This document shows, piece by piece, positions 35,500 through 48,066 of a stretch of DNA of 64,000 nucleotides; position 1 is the first letter of the stretch; every line of letters starts with the position of its first letter. The DNA is from Felis catus (Eukaryota): assembly GCF_018350175.1 (NCBI RefSeq), contig NC_058368.1, forward strand, positions 57,228,001-57,292,000. Direction: 5' to 3'. The translations under genes were made by a program, and so were the position numbers. A model generated the notes under the pieces. The model did not search any database and was not told the DNA's origin. It saw only the letters and a program-made list of their open reading frames with translations.

Positions 35500-36025
35500 A
35501 TCAAAAAAGGTCACTGCCTACTCAGAAACTTTTAACAGTTCCCAATTGCATTTTAGCTAAAACATAAAATCTTTATCATGGTTTCTTACTCAAAGTGTTT
35601 GATGATGGCCCCAATGTCTGTAATATCACTCTTGCAGCCACATTCATATTATTCCTCCAAAGAATTAAGTTTTTTTTAGATTTAGAGACATTATATACAC
35701 TACCCCTTTTGCCTGGGAAAATTTTTCTAATGGAAGTATTGTTTTCACCAAAAGATCTTTTCAGACCACGACCCACTCCCTTGCCTTGATGTCTAGTTGT
35801 AATAATTTCTTATTTTGCTCCATATTTTTCTTTAAAGCACTCCCACATTTTGTAACTATTACATAGTCACTTATTGTGACTGTTGTAGATACCTTTCCCA
35901 TCTACAAGTTTTAAAATTTTATGAGGGCATGGACCACATCTTTTCATTGAACACAATATTCTCAGTACTTATGACAGTCTCCATCACAGAGTAGGAAGTA
36001 ATTAAATAATTATAAATGAGATAGT
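35500..36025 (+). mobile_element. L2 fragment
   Basis: gtcactgcctactcagaaacttttaacagttcccaattgc... and atgagggcatggaccacatc...agtaggaagtaattaaata resemble the L2 3' end. Confidence 0.5.
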
Positions 36026-36171
36026 AACACTAAGAATGCTATTTGTGTTTTTAATCACTGAATGAATGAAAGATTTTTATGTATCATGATAATGGGTAAT
36101 ATCTTGCAAACATGTATGTATACGTGTCTGTGTATTTTCCTTTAATCTTGAGGTGAATCAAAAGTTCTCAT

Positions 36172-36345
36172 TTTTTAATGTTAATTTATTTTTGAAAGAG
36201 AGAGAGCAAGCATGGGGGATGGACAGAGAGAGAGACACAGAATCTGAAGCAAACTCCAGCCTCTGAGCTATCAGCACAGAACTCAATGTGGATCATGACC
36301 TGAGCCAAAGTCAGAGGCTTCACTGATTGAGCCACCCAGGTACCC
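36172..36345 (-). mobile_element. CanSINE with internal deletion of the B-box segment
   Basis: TSD aaaagttctcat (36160-36171 / 36347-36358). The body jumps from actcaatgtgg to atcatgacc, lacking the ggctcgaactcac segment seen in other copies. Confidence 0.85.
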
Positions 36346-37737
36346 AAAAAGTTCTCATATTTTTAATGCTACCCAAAATCTTAGAGGTCAGTACTAGATT
36401 ATACTTTTTCTTGGTTTTTGCCATCTCTCTCTCTCTCTCTCTTTCCTCCTCCAGTTATGTGATCCTGCTTTCTTTCCCACAGTGTTAATGTTGCTGTGTG
36501 ATATGGCATTTATATCCCTAGTATATACTATCATGAACAAAAATTCCTGAGCAGTATGGTCTTGAAACATTATTATATCATAAGTTCCACGAGTTCTATA
36601 ATTACACCTACATACTATTGTTTTTTTTTCAGAAATATTAATGCAAAATATTTCTATATTTTACATTTGATAAAGCATTTTCATCACTGAATAACAAAGA
36701 TCATGGGCAGATTTGTGTTTGTCATGTAAACTGAAAATTTCATATTATTTGAAAGGTACTATGTGCTATTACTTGATATAGTAAATTTCCATTAGGTTTT
36801 AAAGCCACAAATAAGCACTTTACCAAAGTCCTCATTAACCTGTATCAGTAAATAGATGCTTTATATCTAGATAATGGAGAAATAGAACTCTATAAAGAGC
36901 TATAGTAATATTCACATCAGAATAGTTTCTCCAAATGTCCTTTACCTCTCTACTAAATTACTTCATTATAATCATAAAAATGTAACTTTATGATTACATC
37001 AATGTTATATCCCTCTGCAATTGCATATGCCTTTTGACTTTTCAATACATGTCTGTATTGAGAAAAGTATCATGTTGAAAAATTAGGACTGCCTTGCCTC
37101 AGACAAGTAAGTTCACTCAGAATTCTTTTTGTTTAAGCATTTCACTCTTGTCCAAGCTTTAATCACTTCCAAACTGTTGAATTCTGTGTTTGTTATGTGT
37201 GTATATAAGTAAAATTGTGGGAGCTTTGTGTATACATTCTTACTAGCAATTCTTCACATCTGTGAGGTAACTACTGTCTAAGACACGGGTCTAATTCACA
37301 CAGTTGTCATCGGCGAACACCTGATTTAAATCTACATTTATCTAATTATAAAATCCATACTCTTACACTAAAGGCTATACTCTTAATTTATGATACATTT
37401 AACTAATATTGATCACCTTGGAGTCTTAATATTTCAACAAAAGTGCAAGAAAAAGTATTTGCTTTAAATACATATTACTTTATGTAATTTGCTTTAAAAA
37501 TTGCTTTAAATTTGCTTTAAATAAATATTATATTAAATAAACGAAATATTGCTGAAACCAAAGTTTGGGGTATGAAGATAACTAAAAATCTGAAATTCAG
37601 ATCTGTAGATAGTAAGACCATACAGTTCACATGCTAATATGCCATATCTTCTGACTTCCATATCTTCTGATTCTTGTGGTCTGTCTCTTGTCTCTGTCTC
37701 TACCTTTGTCTCTGTCTCTCTCTCTCATTTTACATGT

Positions 37738-37882
37738 ATATAAAATATTATATTATATATATAATATGTATTAAATATATATAAACATATATATAATATA
37801 TTTATCATATATATATTATATAATATAAAACATATATTATATATATAAAACATATATATAAGGTAAAACTTATATATATATA
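37738..37882. repeat. AT-rich (TA)n-derived low-complexity tract
   Basis: Direct reading of the sequence. Confidence 0.85.
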
Positions 37883-38393
37883 ATGCAGAACTTTCTCTTT
37901 TATGTCAAAGTTTGAATAAAAATCTGATTTGTGTGGCATAATCATAATGACCTCATCTCAAGGCAATGATGGTGTTTTTTGCCCTCACTCTCCTTACTCT
38001 CAAGAGAAAATATATGAGATCATTGTCATTTGGAATTGACCCAGAGGCAGAATGAGTTACCAAGAGCACAGCTAGGAGGTAAGCTCTATGAGAAAAGGGA
38101 TCCTGACAGCTTTCTACCAACACCAGCTCAGTGTCAAGCAAAGGAGTAGAATAATATTTTACCCAGTAAGTATTTGTTAATTCAATGAATGACTACAATA
38201 ATACCATTTCTATGACTAGATTAATTTATGCTTAACAGGTATATTTAAATATATAGTATATAAAACCATTTACCTTCTTTTAAAATGATAGTCAAAATCT
38301 TAATTTTTTTTTTTTTTTTTTGCTCAAGTCCATATATGTATTGTAATAAATTACTGGATTAAAAAAAATCCTGTTAAAAAACTTTTGGCTCAA

Positions 38394-38530
38394 GGTGTGC
38401 ATGGCTGGCTCAGTCAATAGAGCATGGGATTCTTGGACTTGGGATCATGAATTCAAGCCCCACATTGGGTGTAGAGATTACTTTAAAAACAAAAAAAGAA
38501 AAAAAAAAGAAAATGAAAAAGAAAACAATG
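38394..38530 (+). mobile_element. Short tRNA-Lys-derived carnivore SINE / tRNA retropseudogene (no CT tract)
   Basis: tggctggctcagtcaatagagcatg (A box) ... gaattcaagccccacattgggtgtagagattact, then an A-rich tail. Flanking tggctcaa repeat. Confidence 0.75.
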
Positions 38531-39678
38531 TAAAAAATGTGGCTCAATATATTTATTTGTACCATGAACTAATTTAGCTACATAATTTTGGATTGATTGA
38601 ATAATTGCACAGGCATCATTTATAATAACTCAGGAATCAATTAAAAAAAATAACTCTCCCTTTAAGTCAAAATCAAACGATTTCCCACACAATAATGCTT
38701 TATGCTTTGTGTGGCAACAAATTGAAAGACATGGTCATTATTAGTTTTATTGGATGCAAATTAAAGAAATAAAATTGCTCAAGAGAATTTATTTTTAACT
38801 TTTAAAATGATTTAGTACATCAAAATCTCCTGTAAATAAGCTAAGGGGAAATAGTGAATCTTCTACCTCTTCGTATATACAAAACAAATTGTATAATACT
38901 GAGTTAGAACAGAAAGGCTTTTTGAATATGGCATTCAATACCTCCTACACAATTCAGGAAAGAACAAATTGGTTGTTCTCTTCTATTAGTTTGAAAGTAT
39001 ATCTTTAATTGACAGAGACATATAGGTGGCAGTGATAAGTTAAACCACTGTAAATTTCTGCATGTTCCATCATCATTTGCAAGAAAACTTTGAATATAAA
39101 CATTAAATCACAGTGTTAGATCTGGTTGATAGGGTAGATTCTCTAGTTCCTTCCATTTTTATTATAATAGTAAACTTGATGCCATCTTTTATAGAGTTTA
39201 ATTTTGGTTTAGTAGCTATTTTGAGTTAATGAAAACTATGATAGAGTCTGAATGGAATATGGAATTTTTATGAATGGCCTCAAAGATGCAAATAGGTCAT
39301 TTCATTTACTGAAAGCAGTTAATATTATCTTATAATATTACTAATATATTTAGAATGTGAAACTTTCACAATGCTAATACATTTGATGTCTAAGAAAGTT
39401 TTTTGCAACAGCATACCATTTATAGTTAATTACAAAAGATTAATGTTTAAACACAGAATCAAATAATCAAAAATGATTCTCAAATTATTACAAATTATTT
39501 CTTTGATACTCTTTTTAGGTTATGCATTTATTTACTTTGAGCAAATTGGTACAAATTGGTAATAATCTAATTGCTACAAATATAAAGGAATATTTTTCAA
39601 ATATAAATACCCATTTTTAATTTTATATCCAACAAATTCAAATCAATATCTACAGAGAAATATAATGACTACGGATAT

Positions 39679-40005
39679 TGTTAGGATGTCCTTGGAACCA
39701 CAGTAGAGAGGACGGCCATCTTGCCAGCGCAACCCAACGAAAAGCCCCTAGTAGGGTGCCAGAACCAATCGGAGGTCAACCAATCACCCAGCGACAGCAA
39801 GGCCCACCCGGACCTAAACCCTGAACCGCTGCAGCTTAAAAACCCCACTCCACTACACCCGGGGGCGACTTCCCTGACTCCTCTCTCTCTCTCCCTGAGT
39901 CAAGGAACCTCGCCGGAGACCTTAGTTCCCAGTAAAGCCTTTGGCTGCTAAAAGTTTTTAGCCCCTGACTCTTATCTTTACCCTGCCTTACGCCTGACCC
40001 TAACA
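39679..40005 (+). mobile_element. Young solo ERV LTR (327 bp)
   Basis: Ends TGTTAGG...CCTAACA with perfect 5-bp TSD gatat (39674-78 / 40006-10). Two CCAAT boxes, TATA-like CTTAAAAA, AGTAAA polyA signal and retained CpGs. Confidence 0.9.
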
Positions 40006-40793
40006 GATATAAACTATACAAAGGTTAGAAAAACACTTTAGTTAGTAAATATTATTTTTGTATGTTTACATATATGATGTACACGTACATGTATATATGT
40101 ATGTATATACTTTATTCACACATTGATTTAAATTGAGGTCTTAATCTAAAGCAAAATACTATTGTACAACCTGTGCAGTTCTATAATACTCTATGCAAAA
40201 TACTACTATTTTAATGTCATATTATAAAATATTTCATATATAAAATATAGAAGGGGTATTCATGATCACATAAGTTGAATATCAGTCATACTTGGTTAAG
40301 AGCTCCCTGTCTCTTTTTCTCCTCTCAAAACACAAATAAAATGAATATAGCCACCAAAGGATTTTCATGGTTTTATTTATGGAAAGCAAGTCAGCACATA
40401 TATGAAAAAAGAAGTGTGGTAGAGATTACCTAAATATTTATTATCTCAAGTGAGGACAGCATTGCTCAGTGTAGGAAAGAATTTGGATAAAGGTTTTAAC
40501 AATTTAAAGATGGAAAACGATTTGGGCAACAAAATCTCACAAATAAAAGAGCCACATTTTTATTTTTATATAGTAAAATAAAAAAATTTCTCCATAATTT
40601 GTTTCATTATAAATGTAGTCCTAAACATATTTGCCCTCTATATGTTATTTAGTACACATTTTTCTGTGATCCTTTCACTACAAAATACTACCATCAAACA
40701 CTCATCCCTTGTATCACTATCCCATGCCTATTTGGCTAATAACAATGTAATATTTATATTAAAAAAGCATTTTGATATTAAAAAGCTATTTTG

Positions 40794-41018
40794 GGGGCGC
40801 CTGGGTGGCGCAGTCGGTTAAGCGTCCGACTTCAGCCAGGTCACGATCTTGCGGTCCGTGAGTTCGAGCCCCGCGTCGGGCTCTGGGCTGATGGCTCAGA
40901 GCCTGGAGCCTGTTTCTGATTCTGTGTCTCCCTCTCTCTCTGCCCCTCCCCCGTTCATGCTCTGTCTCTCTCTGTCCCCAAAAAATAAATAAACGTTGAA
41001 AAAAAAATTAAAAAAAAA
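40794..41018 (+). mobile_element. Young felid CanSINE (SINEC_Fc)
   Basis: Intact A/B boxes (gttcgagcc). Perfect 15-bp TSD taaaaagctattttg (40779-40793 / 41019-41033). Confidence 0.97.
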
Positions 41019-41295
41019 TAAAAAGCTATTTTGTATTACTGGGGTACCCATATATGTTATATATGTTTTAAAAATACATGGAAAAATTATATATTTGATA
41101 CATATATATATGATACATATATATATATATATCTTTAATATATATTTAAAAAAATAAATACACTGAGAACTACACATGGATTTTTCTGGTATACCAAAAA
41201 TTATAAATATTTTTAATGCCACAAAAATGGATAGCTCCAGAACAACAAAACTCTCAATAGTTTTGATCATTTTCTCAGGAATTAAATTTCTTTCT

Positions 41296-41512
41296 TTTTT
41301 TAGTATTTATTTATTTATTTTTATTTTGAGAGAGTGAAACAGAGAGAGTACGAGTGGGGGAAGGGAAGAGAGAGAGGGAGAGAGAGAATCCCAAGCAGGC
41401 TCTGAGCTGTCAGTACAGTTCCTGACATGGGGCTAGATCTCACAAACCATGAGATCATGACCTGAGCAGACATCAAGCAGATGCTCAACCGACTGGGCCA
41501 CCCAGGTGCTCC
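41296..41512 (-). mobile_element. Older CanSINE
   Basis: T-rich tail, GA tract, gaatcccaagcaggctc...gccacccaggtgctcc. Confidence 0.9.
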
Positions 41513-41649
41513 AGGGATAAAATGTATTTCTAATTTATTTCTAATTTATTTTTATGGTTCTTTTCATTTGAATTTTATTTTATATTTTCAACACTCTAGT
41601 TTTAACTAATTTCTTTGTAATAAATTTTCAAATGGAAAAAGCTATTATC

Positions 41650-41651
<2 letters not shown>

Positions 41652-41694
<43 letters not shown>
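41652..41694. repeat. (TA)n microsatellite
   Basis: Direct reading of the sequence. Confidence 0.9.
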
Positions 41695-41696
<2 letters not shown>

Positions 41697-42584
41697 TGAA
41701 TTATACTTTCGTGATTAGTGTATGCTGATGGGGATATCAAAATTTTACTAAGATATTGAAAATTGCAGCATACAAACTATAGTTTTAATACTGACTCTAG
41801 TAGTTATTACAATATACAGAAGGAAAAATTAAAAGCCAAACACTTCAAAATCCGTATGGTTACAAAATGATTGTAATAAAAACTTCAAATATAAAACTAG
41901 CAGTATAGTAATCTACATTACCTTCTTGGAAATTTTGATTCGGGTAATTCTTTAATAATTTGTCAACTTCCTGCATTAAGTCACCCATGAAATAGCTCCT
42001 CAATTTCTACATACTTGACTGTATTTCTATTCTATACACAAAAGAGGCATAAGTAAACATACTGTTCTCTATTTCTTAATCACCCTTTTACTTCAAATTC
42101 AGTTACACTGAGTCAACTATTTATATGATATCCACACATTTTTACCATTTTAACTTCATAAGAAATTGTGAGGTTTACAAAGCTCTTCTTATCTTACAGG
42201 TAAGTAAACTAGAGAATAGAAAATACAAGTAACTTTGTAAAATTCATATAGTTGATAATTCCCAGATATCTGTGCTTCTTTTCTTTATTTATACTTTTGT
42301 AAGATCTAATGATAATACTTTCTGAAGTAAATTATTGTTGAATATCTGAACAAAGTCCCTTAAAAATGTTACCTTTGTTTCTTGCTAAAATTATTTTGCA
42401 AGTTATGGATGGAATGATTTCTGGGGAATGACTCAAGATATGTTATAATGAGGGAGGTAGGTGGTGTATAGAAAATCACGATGGGTGATATTTGCTGAAG
42501 TTAAGCAATGGGTAAATAGAGGTACTTTCTACTTTTGTATATGCTTGATTTTTTTTCATTAAAAATTTTAAAAATGTATTTTAA

Positions 42585-43850
42585 GTACTTCATCTAACAA
42601 TAGCAGAAGGCACATTCTTCTCAAATTCAAATGGAACATTCACCAAGATAGACCATATTCTGGGCCCTAAATGACACTTTAAAAAATTTAAAATAATAGA
42701 AATCATATAATGTCTGCTCTCAGACCACAATGCAATTAAACTAGACACAATGCAATTAAATCAATAACAGAAAGATAACTCAAAAATACCAACAGACTTA
42801 GAGATTAAATAATATACCTTTAACACATGAGTGAAAGAAGACACCTCAAGAGAAATGAAAAAAACATTTGGAATTAAATGAAAATAAAAATGTCACTTAT
42901 TAAAATTTATGGGATGCAGCAAAAGTAGTGTTTAGAGGGATATTTACAGCCTTGGATATTTATATTATTTAAAAAAAGTTTTAAGATCATGATTTAAGTT
43001 TCCATATTAGGCAACTTAAAAAAGAAGAGAAAATTAAATCCAAATAAAGCACAAGAAAGTAAATAATAAGATTTAGAGCAGAAATCAATTAAATCGAATA
43101 CAGGAAATCAATAGGGAAAATTAACAAAACCCAAAACTATTTTTTTGAAAAGATCAATACACTATCTAGCCAGTCTAAGGAAAAAAAACAGAAAAGACAC
43201 AAATTACTAATATTAGAAGTGAAAGATGGTACATCACTACAAATCCATGGCCGCTAGAATGATAATAAAATAATTCTATAAAAAACTCTATGCCCGGCAC
43301 ATTTTATAACAGAGATAAATGGATCAATACCTTGAAAGACACAAACTGCCAACACTTACACAAGAAGAAACAGGTAATCTGAAAAGGACTATATTTAGTA
43401 AAGAAACTGATTCAATAATGGAGAAACTTCCAAAACAGAAAGCATCAGGCTTTGTTTATTCATTGATGAATTCCACCAAACACTGAAGGAAAAGTTATAC
43501 CAATTCTCTACAATTTAATTCAGAAGATAAAAGTATTCTTATCATATGATCTATCAATAAGTGTCCTTGGTATTTTATCTTAGGAAGTTGAAAATTTATG
43601 TCCACAGAAAAACCTTCACACAGATATGTAAAACAGCTTTATTCATAATTACCAAAACTTGGAAGCAACCAAAATGTCCTACAGTAGGTGAATGGATAAA
43701 CTCTGGTACATCCAGACACAGAAATATTATTCAGCAAATAAATGATTTATTGAGCCATGGAAGGGTATGGAGGAACCTTATCTATATATTACAAGTGACA
43801 GAAGCTAATCTAAACAAGTACATACTATAGAATTTCAACTACATATGATA
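42585..43850 (+). mobile_element. Decayed L1 ORF2 (end of endonuclease domain to pre-RT region) joined to an L1MC-like 3' end
   Basis: acattcttctcaaattcaaatggaacattcaccaagatagaccatattctgggc encodes TFFSNSNGTFTKIDHILG (L1 EN motif). From ~43540: gctttattcataattaccaaaacttggaagcaaccaaaatgtcc. Many stops and frameshifts. Confidence 0.85.
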
Positions 43851-45824
43851 AGCAATTAAATGTATGAAACAGAGCATGAAAAATAGACAAAATAAATGTT
43901 AACTATGATGATGAAGAGTATGATGAAGAGGTGATAAAGGAATCAGTCATGGCTTGAGCTTTGATTTTATTTTAATATTCACAATAGAAGAAATCCCTAC
44001 TTAACCAGCACTGAGCACAGATAGTTAATGAAGTGTCTAATGTCACCTGGCCGTATCAGAACCTCGCAGCATTTTCCTTCATCCTGCAAAGTCATATTCT
44101 CAAAGGTCTACCCAGAAAGGAAAGGTGCTTCTGCCCACATTCTTAACTCAGGACATTTTGATGAGGAGTCCACAGTTTCCATTATTTCAGTGCTACACTG
44201 ATGGAAACGAAAAGAGGAAAAAAAAAAACAACAAAACAAAACAATTGGAGGTTTTGTGCTCATTCTATTTTAGAAATCCCATCATCTTCTCTATAGAAAA
44301 AAAAAAGTGGCTCTTCTTGTTTCTCAGTATTTATGCTTTAGGATGAAAATAACAGCAAGGAATAGCATTCAACTTTTGTATTTTGGACTTGACTCATGCC
44401 ATAATCTCTAGGAATGGGCGCTTATCTCCAGGGATAAATTCTGCTCCCAAATAGGTATACTCTGACAAAATGAGATTCTCTCAGATTTCCAGTTACTCAA
44501 TCTCTTCAGATGAAATGAAGATGAATTTCATTTTATCTTACTATAAATTACTCTCAAGGGTGAATGACACATAAATGAGGTTCCTATATAATAACACAAT
44601 GGGCTGAAAACATATGGCTATTGTAGAGACATGATTTTTACTTATGGAGTGTATTTGACACTGGGTCATTCAGTAGCAAGTATTATGTATGAAGATTTCC
44701 CACTAGCTACTCTTTCAACCCAAGACTGTGTCTCTATCATAAAATCCAATATTTGTTGTTTGTTGTTGTCCAATGTTTGTTGTTTTTCTTTTTTGGATTT
44801 TGATTTGTTATTGTTTGTTTGTTTGTTTGTGTGTTGGGGGGGCTCAATTCATTATCTATTATCTGGGTTTCCCTATGCAGGAAACAAGAATAATTAAAAC
44901 AGCCATTCAAACAATGAACACAAGATATTGTCAATCTCTGTTCAGTCAATAGCATGTTCAGTTACCATATGTCTTTATTCCTACAGCTATTGGATGAGTT
45001 TCTGAATACATATTATCACTTATGCTTGTGGATTTTCTTCTGGATGTTGGACTTATATAAATATAATGAATCACTATTATTATTATAAGTTAGAATAATA
45101 AAATGTTGCTTACATTAAATCATGCAACAAATTATCATGGTACTCATTTGGCACTTCATTAGAGTTCCAATGAAAAGAAGATAACTAATTTAATTTTGAT
45201 ATTTAACACTAATATAGGAATGAGGTGAGAATGTTCATTATGAAAGTAGCCATCTTTTCCTCAGTCTTATGCCTTAAATATCTCTATATGCCTTATAATT
45301 CAGTTTTCATCTTTCTAAATAGGATTGATTCTAATACTTTAAACAAAAGTAAACATTTCCCATTATGTTTCCTGTTTTGTTTTCAGTTTCATTTTTTTAA
45401 TAAGAATATGATAAATGACTTGGATTTACCTCAAATGCATTCTTCCGTGGCCCAACAAGCTTATTACATTTAAAATAAAAAATAGAAACAATGTTACTAG
45501 AAGACTGAATCACTGACACATGAAGCTTTTTTCCTTCCTATCTGCTCCGTTGATGGTTTTCATCAGCGCCACTTACATGCCATAGAAAATAATACCCCAC
45601 TTATGTTGAGATGACTTTTCCAGTAACATCAAATATCTAGAGCAGTTTAAAACATGAACACCATTCAATCGTATGCAAAAAGTTATATAATTTCCTTAAA
45701 GAAAAGTTCTTCAGGCTGCCATTCAGAGCGTATGCATGCTAATTTTAGACATCATTTGGATGAGGCTGTTTAGTTGCTATTTGAGTCTGTAGCACATTAG
45801 CAGCAGTAAATTAGAAGTCTTTCT

Positions 45825-45861
<37 letters not shown>

Positions 45862-45919
45862 TTGTACATGTGTCAAAGGTTACAAGATATATTAAAATAT
45901 TGTTAAGGGTAGAAGAAAT

Positions 45920-46290
45920 TGTAAGTAGATACAGCTAGTGCAAAGACCCTAAGGTGGGAACATGACTCATATCTTGAGAGAATAGTAGAAAGTGAGATAA
46001 GAGCAGTCAAGTCATGTAAGGTTTTGTAGGCCGTTGTAAGAATCAATAGGACTTATTGGAGTATGTTGAGCTCAGAAGTGACATGATCTGACTTAAATGC
46101 TAAAAGGATCATTCTGGTTTCTGGGACAACAGGATGCAGTGGGTATGGGGAATAGTTAAAAAATCAGGAAGTAGGCATTATAGCAATCCAGACGATATAT
46201 GTTATTTGTGTGCAGTAAAGTGGCATTGGTAAGAAGCAGATACAGATAGAAGTAGATACAGATAATCTTGAAGTTACAGCCAGCTGATGT
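45920..46290 (-). mobile_element. L2 fragment
   Basis: gtgcaaagaccctaaggtggga...agtgacatgatctgactta...aaaaggatcattctgg are characteristic antisense L2 motifs. Confidence 0.7.
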
Positions 46291-46561
46291 TGGTAATAAA
46301 GGACCTAAGTCATTACATAAAAGTTAAATTATATTCAGTACATGTTATTTAAAAGGCAAGAACATGTATAATCAGTTTGGAAAAATTTCCATTAAAATGT
46401 TTAAACCAAAGCACATTAAATGTTTAATTTTAAAGGGTAGGTTTCTATTCTGGGAAAAATCACTTACGTGGACTAGCACATTTTCTGACAATCTGGGGAA
46501 AAAAGGGATTTCTAAATAATAAAACAATATCCCTAGTAATGAGCTTCTGGAGCACAGCCAC

Positions 46562-47082
46562 TGTGGTGGTTAATTTTATGTGTCAACTTCACTGGATCAC
46601 AGGGTGCCCAGATATTTGGCTAAACATTATTTCTGAGTGTGTCCATGAGGGTGTTTCTGGGTGAAATTAGCATTTGAATCAGTGGACTCAGTAAAGCAGT
46701 TTGCTCTCCCTGATGTGGGTGGACATCATGCAATCTGTTGAGGGCCTGAATAGAACAAAAAGGCAGAGGAAGGAAGAGTTTGGCCTTTTCTGCCTGACTG
46801 CTTGACTTTGGACATCAATCTCTTACCCTCATTGGTCCCAAATCTCAGGCCTTTGGGTCCGACTGAATCACACCATCAGCTTTCTTGGGTATCCAGCTTA
46901 CAGAGGGCAATCAGGGGACTTTTCAACCTCCATAATTATGTGAGACAGTTCCTTATAATAAATGTCTTAACCTCTTCATATCTTATTGATATATACATGT
47001 GTGTATATGTACACGTGTGTGTGTGTGTGTGTGTGTGCATCTCCTGTTGATTCTATTTCTCTAGAGAACCCTACCTAATACA
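46562..47082 (+). mobile_element. Solo ERVL LTR (MLT2B-like)
   Basis: tgtggtggttaattttatgtgtcaacttcactgg ... tctagagaaccctacctaataca, with perfect 5-bp TSD gccac (46557-61 / 47083-87). Confidence 0.9.
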
Positions 47083-47827
47083 GCCACGATCCCTGCATTA
47101 AAGCCACATTTCTTATTTTACAACTGATTCATTAAATCCTAATAATAGGATTCCACAGAAACTTCACTGATGTGGAATAATCATAAGAAGAATGTCTGGA
47201 AAAATTGAAGAAAGAGTATAAATTGAAGAAAGAGTATAAATTACAGACAGGGAGATTGTTGGCTACAGAGTGAAAAAGGAAATGTAGAATCAGACTGAAG
47301 AGAGACACAGTTGGAACTTAATGCAATAATCCATGTGGGAAATAGTTAAGGCATAAATTAACTCAGTATCCCTAGACTGATAGTAACCAAATTTTGACTA
47401 GAGGATCCAGGTTTTTTCAAAGCTATTGTTGAAACATATTTGCTATTATAAAAATAAATTACATAATGTAGATTGTTCTGCTACATATATTTTGAGAAGT
47501 TGAATGATATATTTGAAAGTTGTAAATTTGAAAGTATTAATATTTGAAAGTTGTAAAATTCATAATGAATATAAAAACATGAGCTGTCAGATACCCAAAA
47601 GGTCAAATCACCAAAAATTTAGTAGTCACTGATCACTTTGGGCCCTACCACCAGGTTGGATCCTGTAGGAGAATATATAAATAAATGTTAAATGTTGCTT
47701 TCAGCATAGAGAATTTAGAAATGTATACATAAAGCAGGCTAAAACAAAGTTAAATAACACAATGAGAAATTATGATGATAAAGATTCAGTCTGACAGGAT
47801 GATTCTGGAAATCATTTCCATGGTTTC

Positions 47828-47875
47828 TTTTTTTTAATTTAAAAAATATCATGTATGTTTGTTTGTTTGTTTATT

Positions 47876-47935
<60 letters not shown>

Positions 47936-48066
47936 CCAAGCAGGCTGTATGTAGTCCACACACGGCCTGATGCAGGGCTGAAACTTACGAGAACTGTGAG
48001 ATCATGACCTGAGCCAAAACCAAGATTTGAATGGACACTTAACTGACTGAGCTACCCCGGGGCCTC
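47828..48066 (-). mobile_element. Older CanSINE with (GA)n expansion
   Basis: aatcccaagcaggc...gagatcatgacctgagcc...aactgactgagctacc, with flanking atggtttc repeat. Confidence 0.85.

Noticed and set aside
43561..43830. 89-aa ORF with KTWKQPKCP motif
   Set aside because: Decayed L1 ORF2 C-terminus, not a host gene.
44508..44538. Imperfect hairpin AGATGAAATGAA...TTCATTTTATCT
   Set aside because: AT-rich, mismatched and too short for a pre-miRNA; compatible with chance.
47202..47244. Short tandem duplications (aattgaagaaagagtata x2; similar at 37642, 42726, 46238, 47509)
   Set aside because: Two-copy slippage duplications common in mammalian DNA; no spacer-repeat array, so not CRISPR-like.
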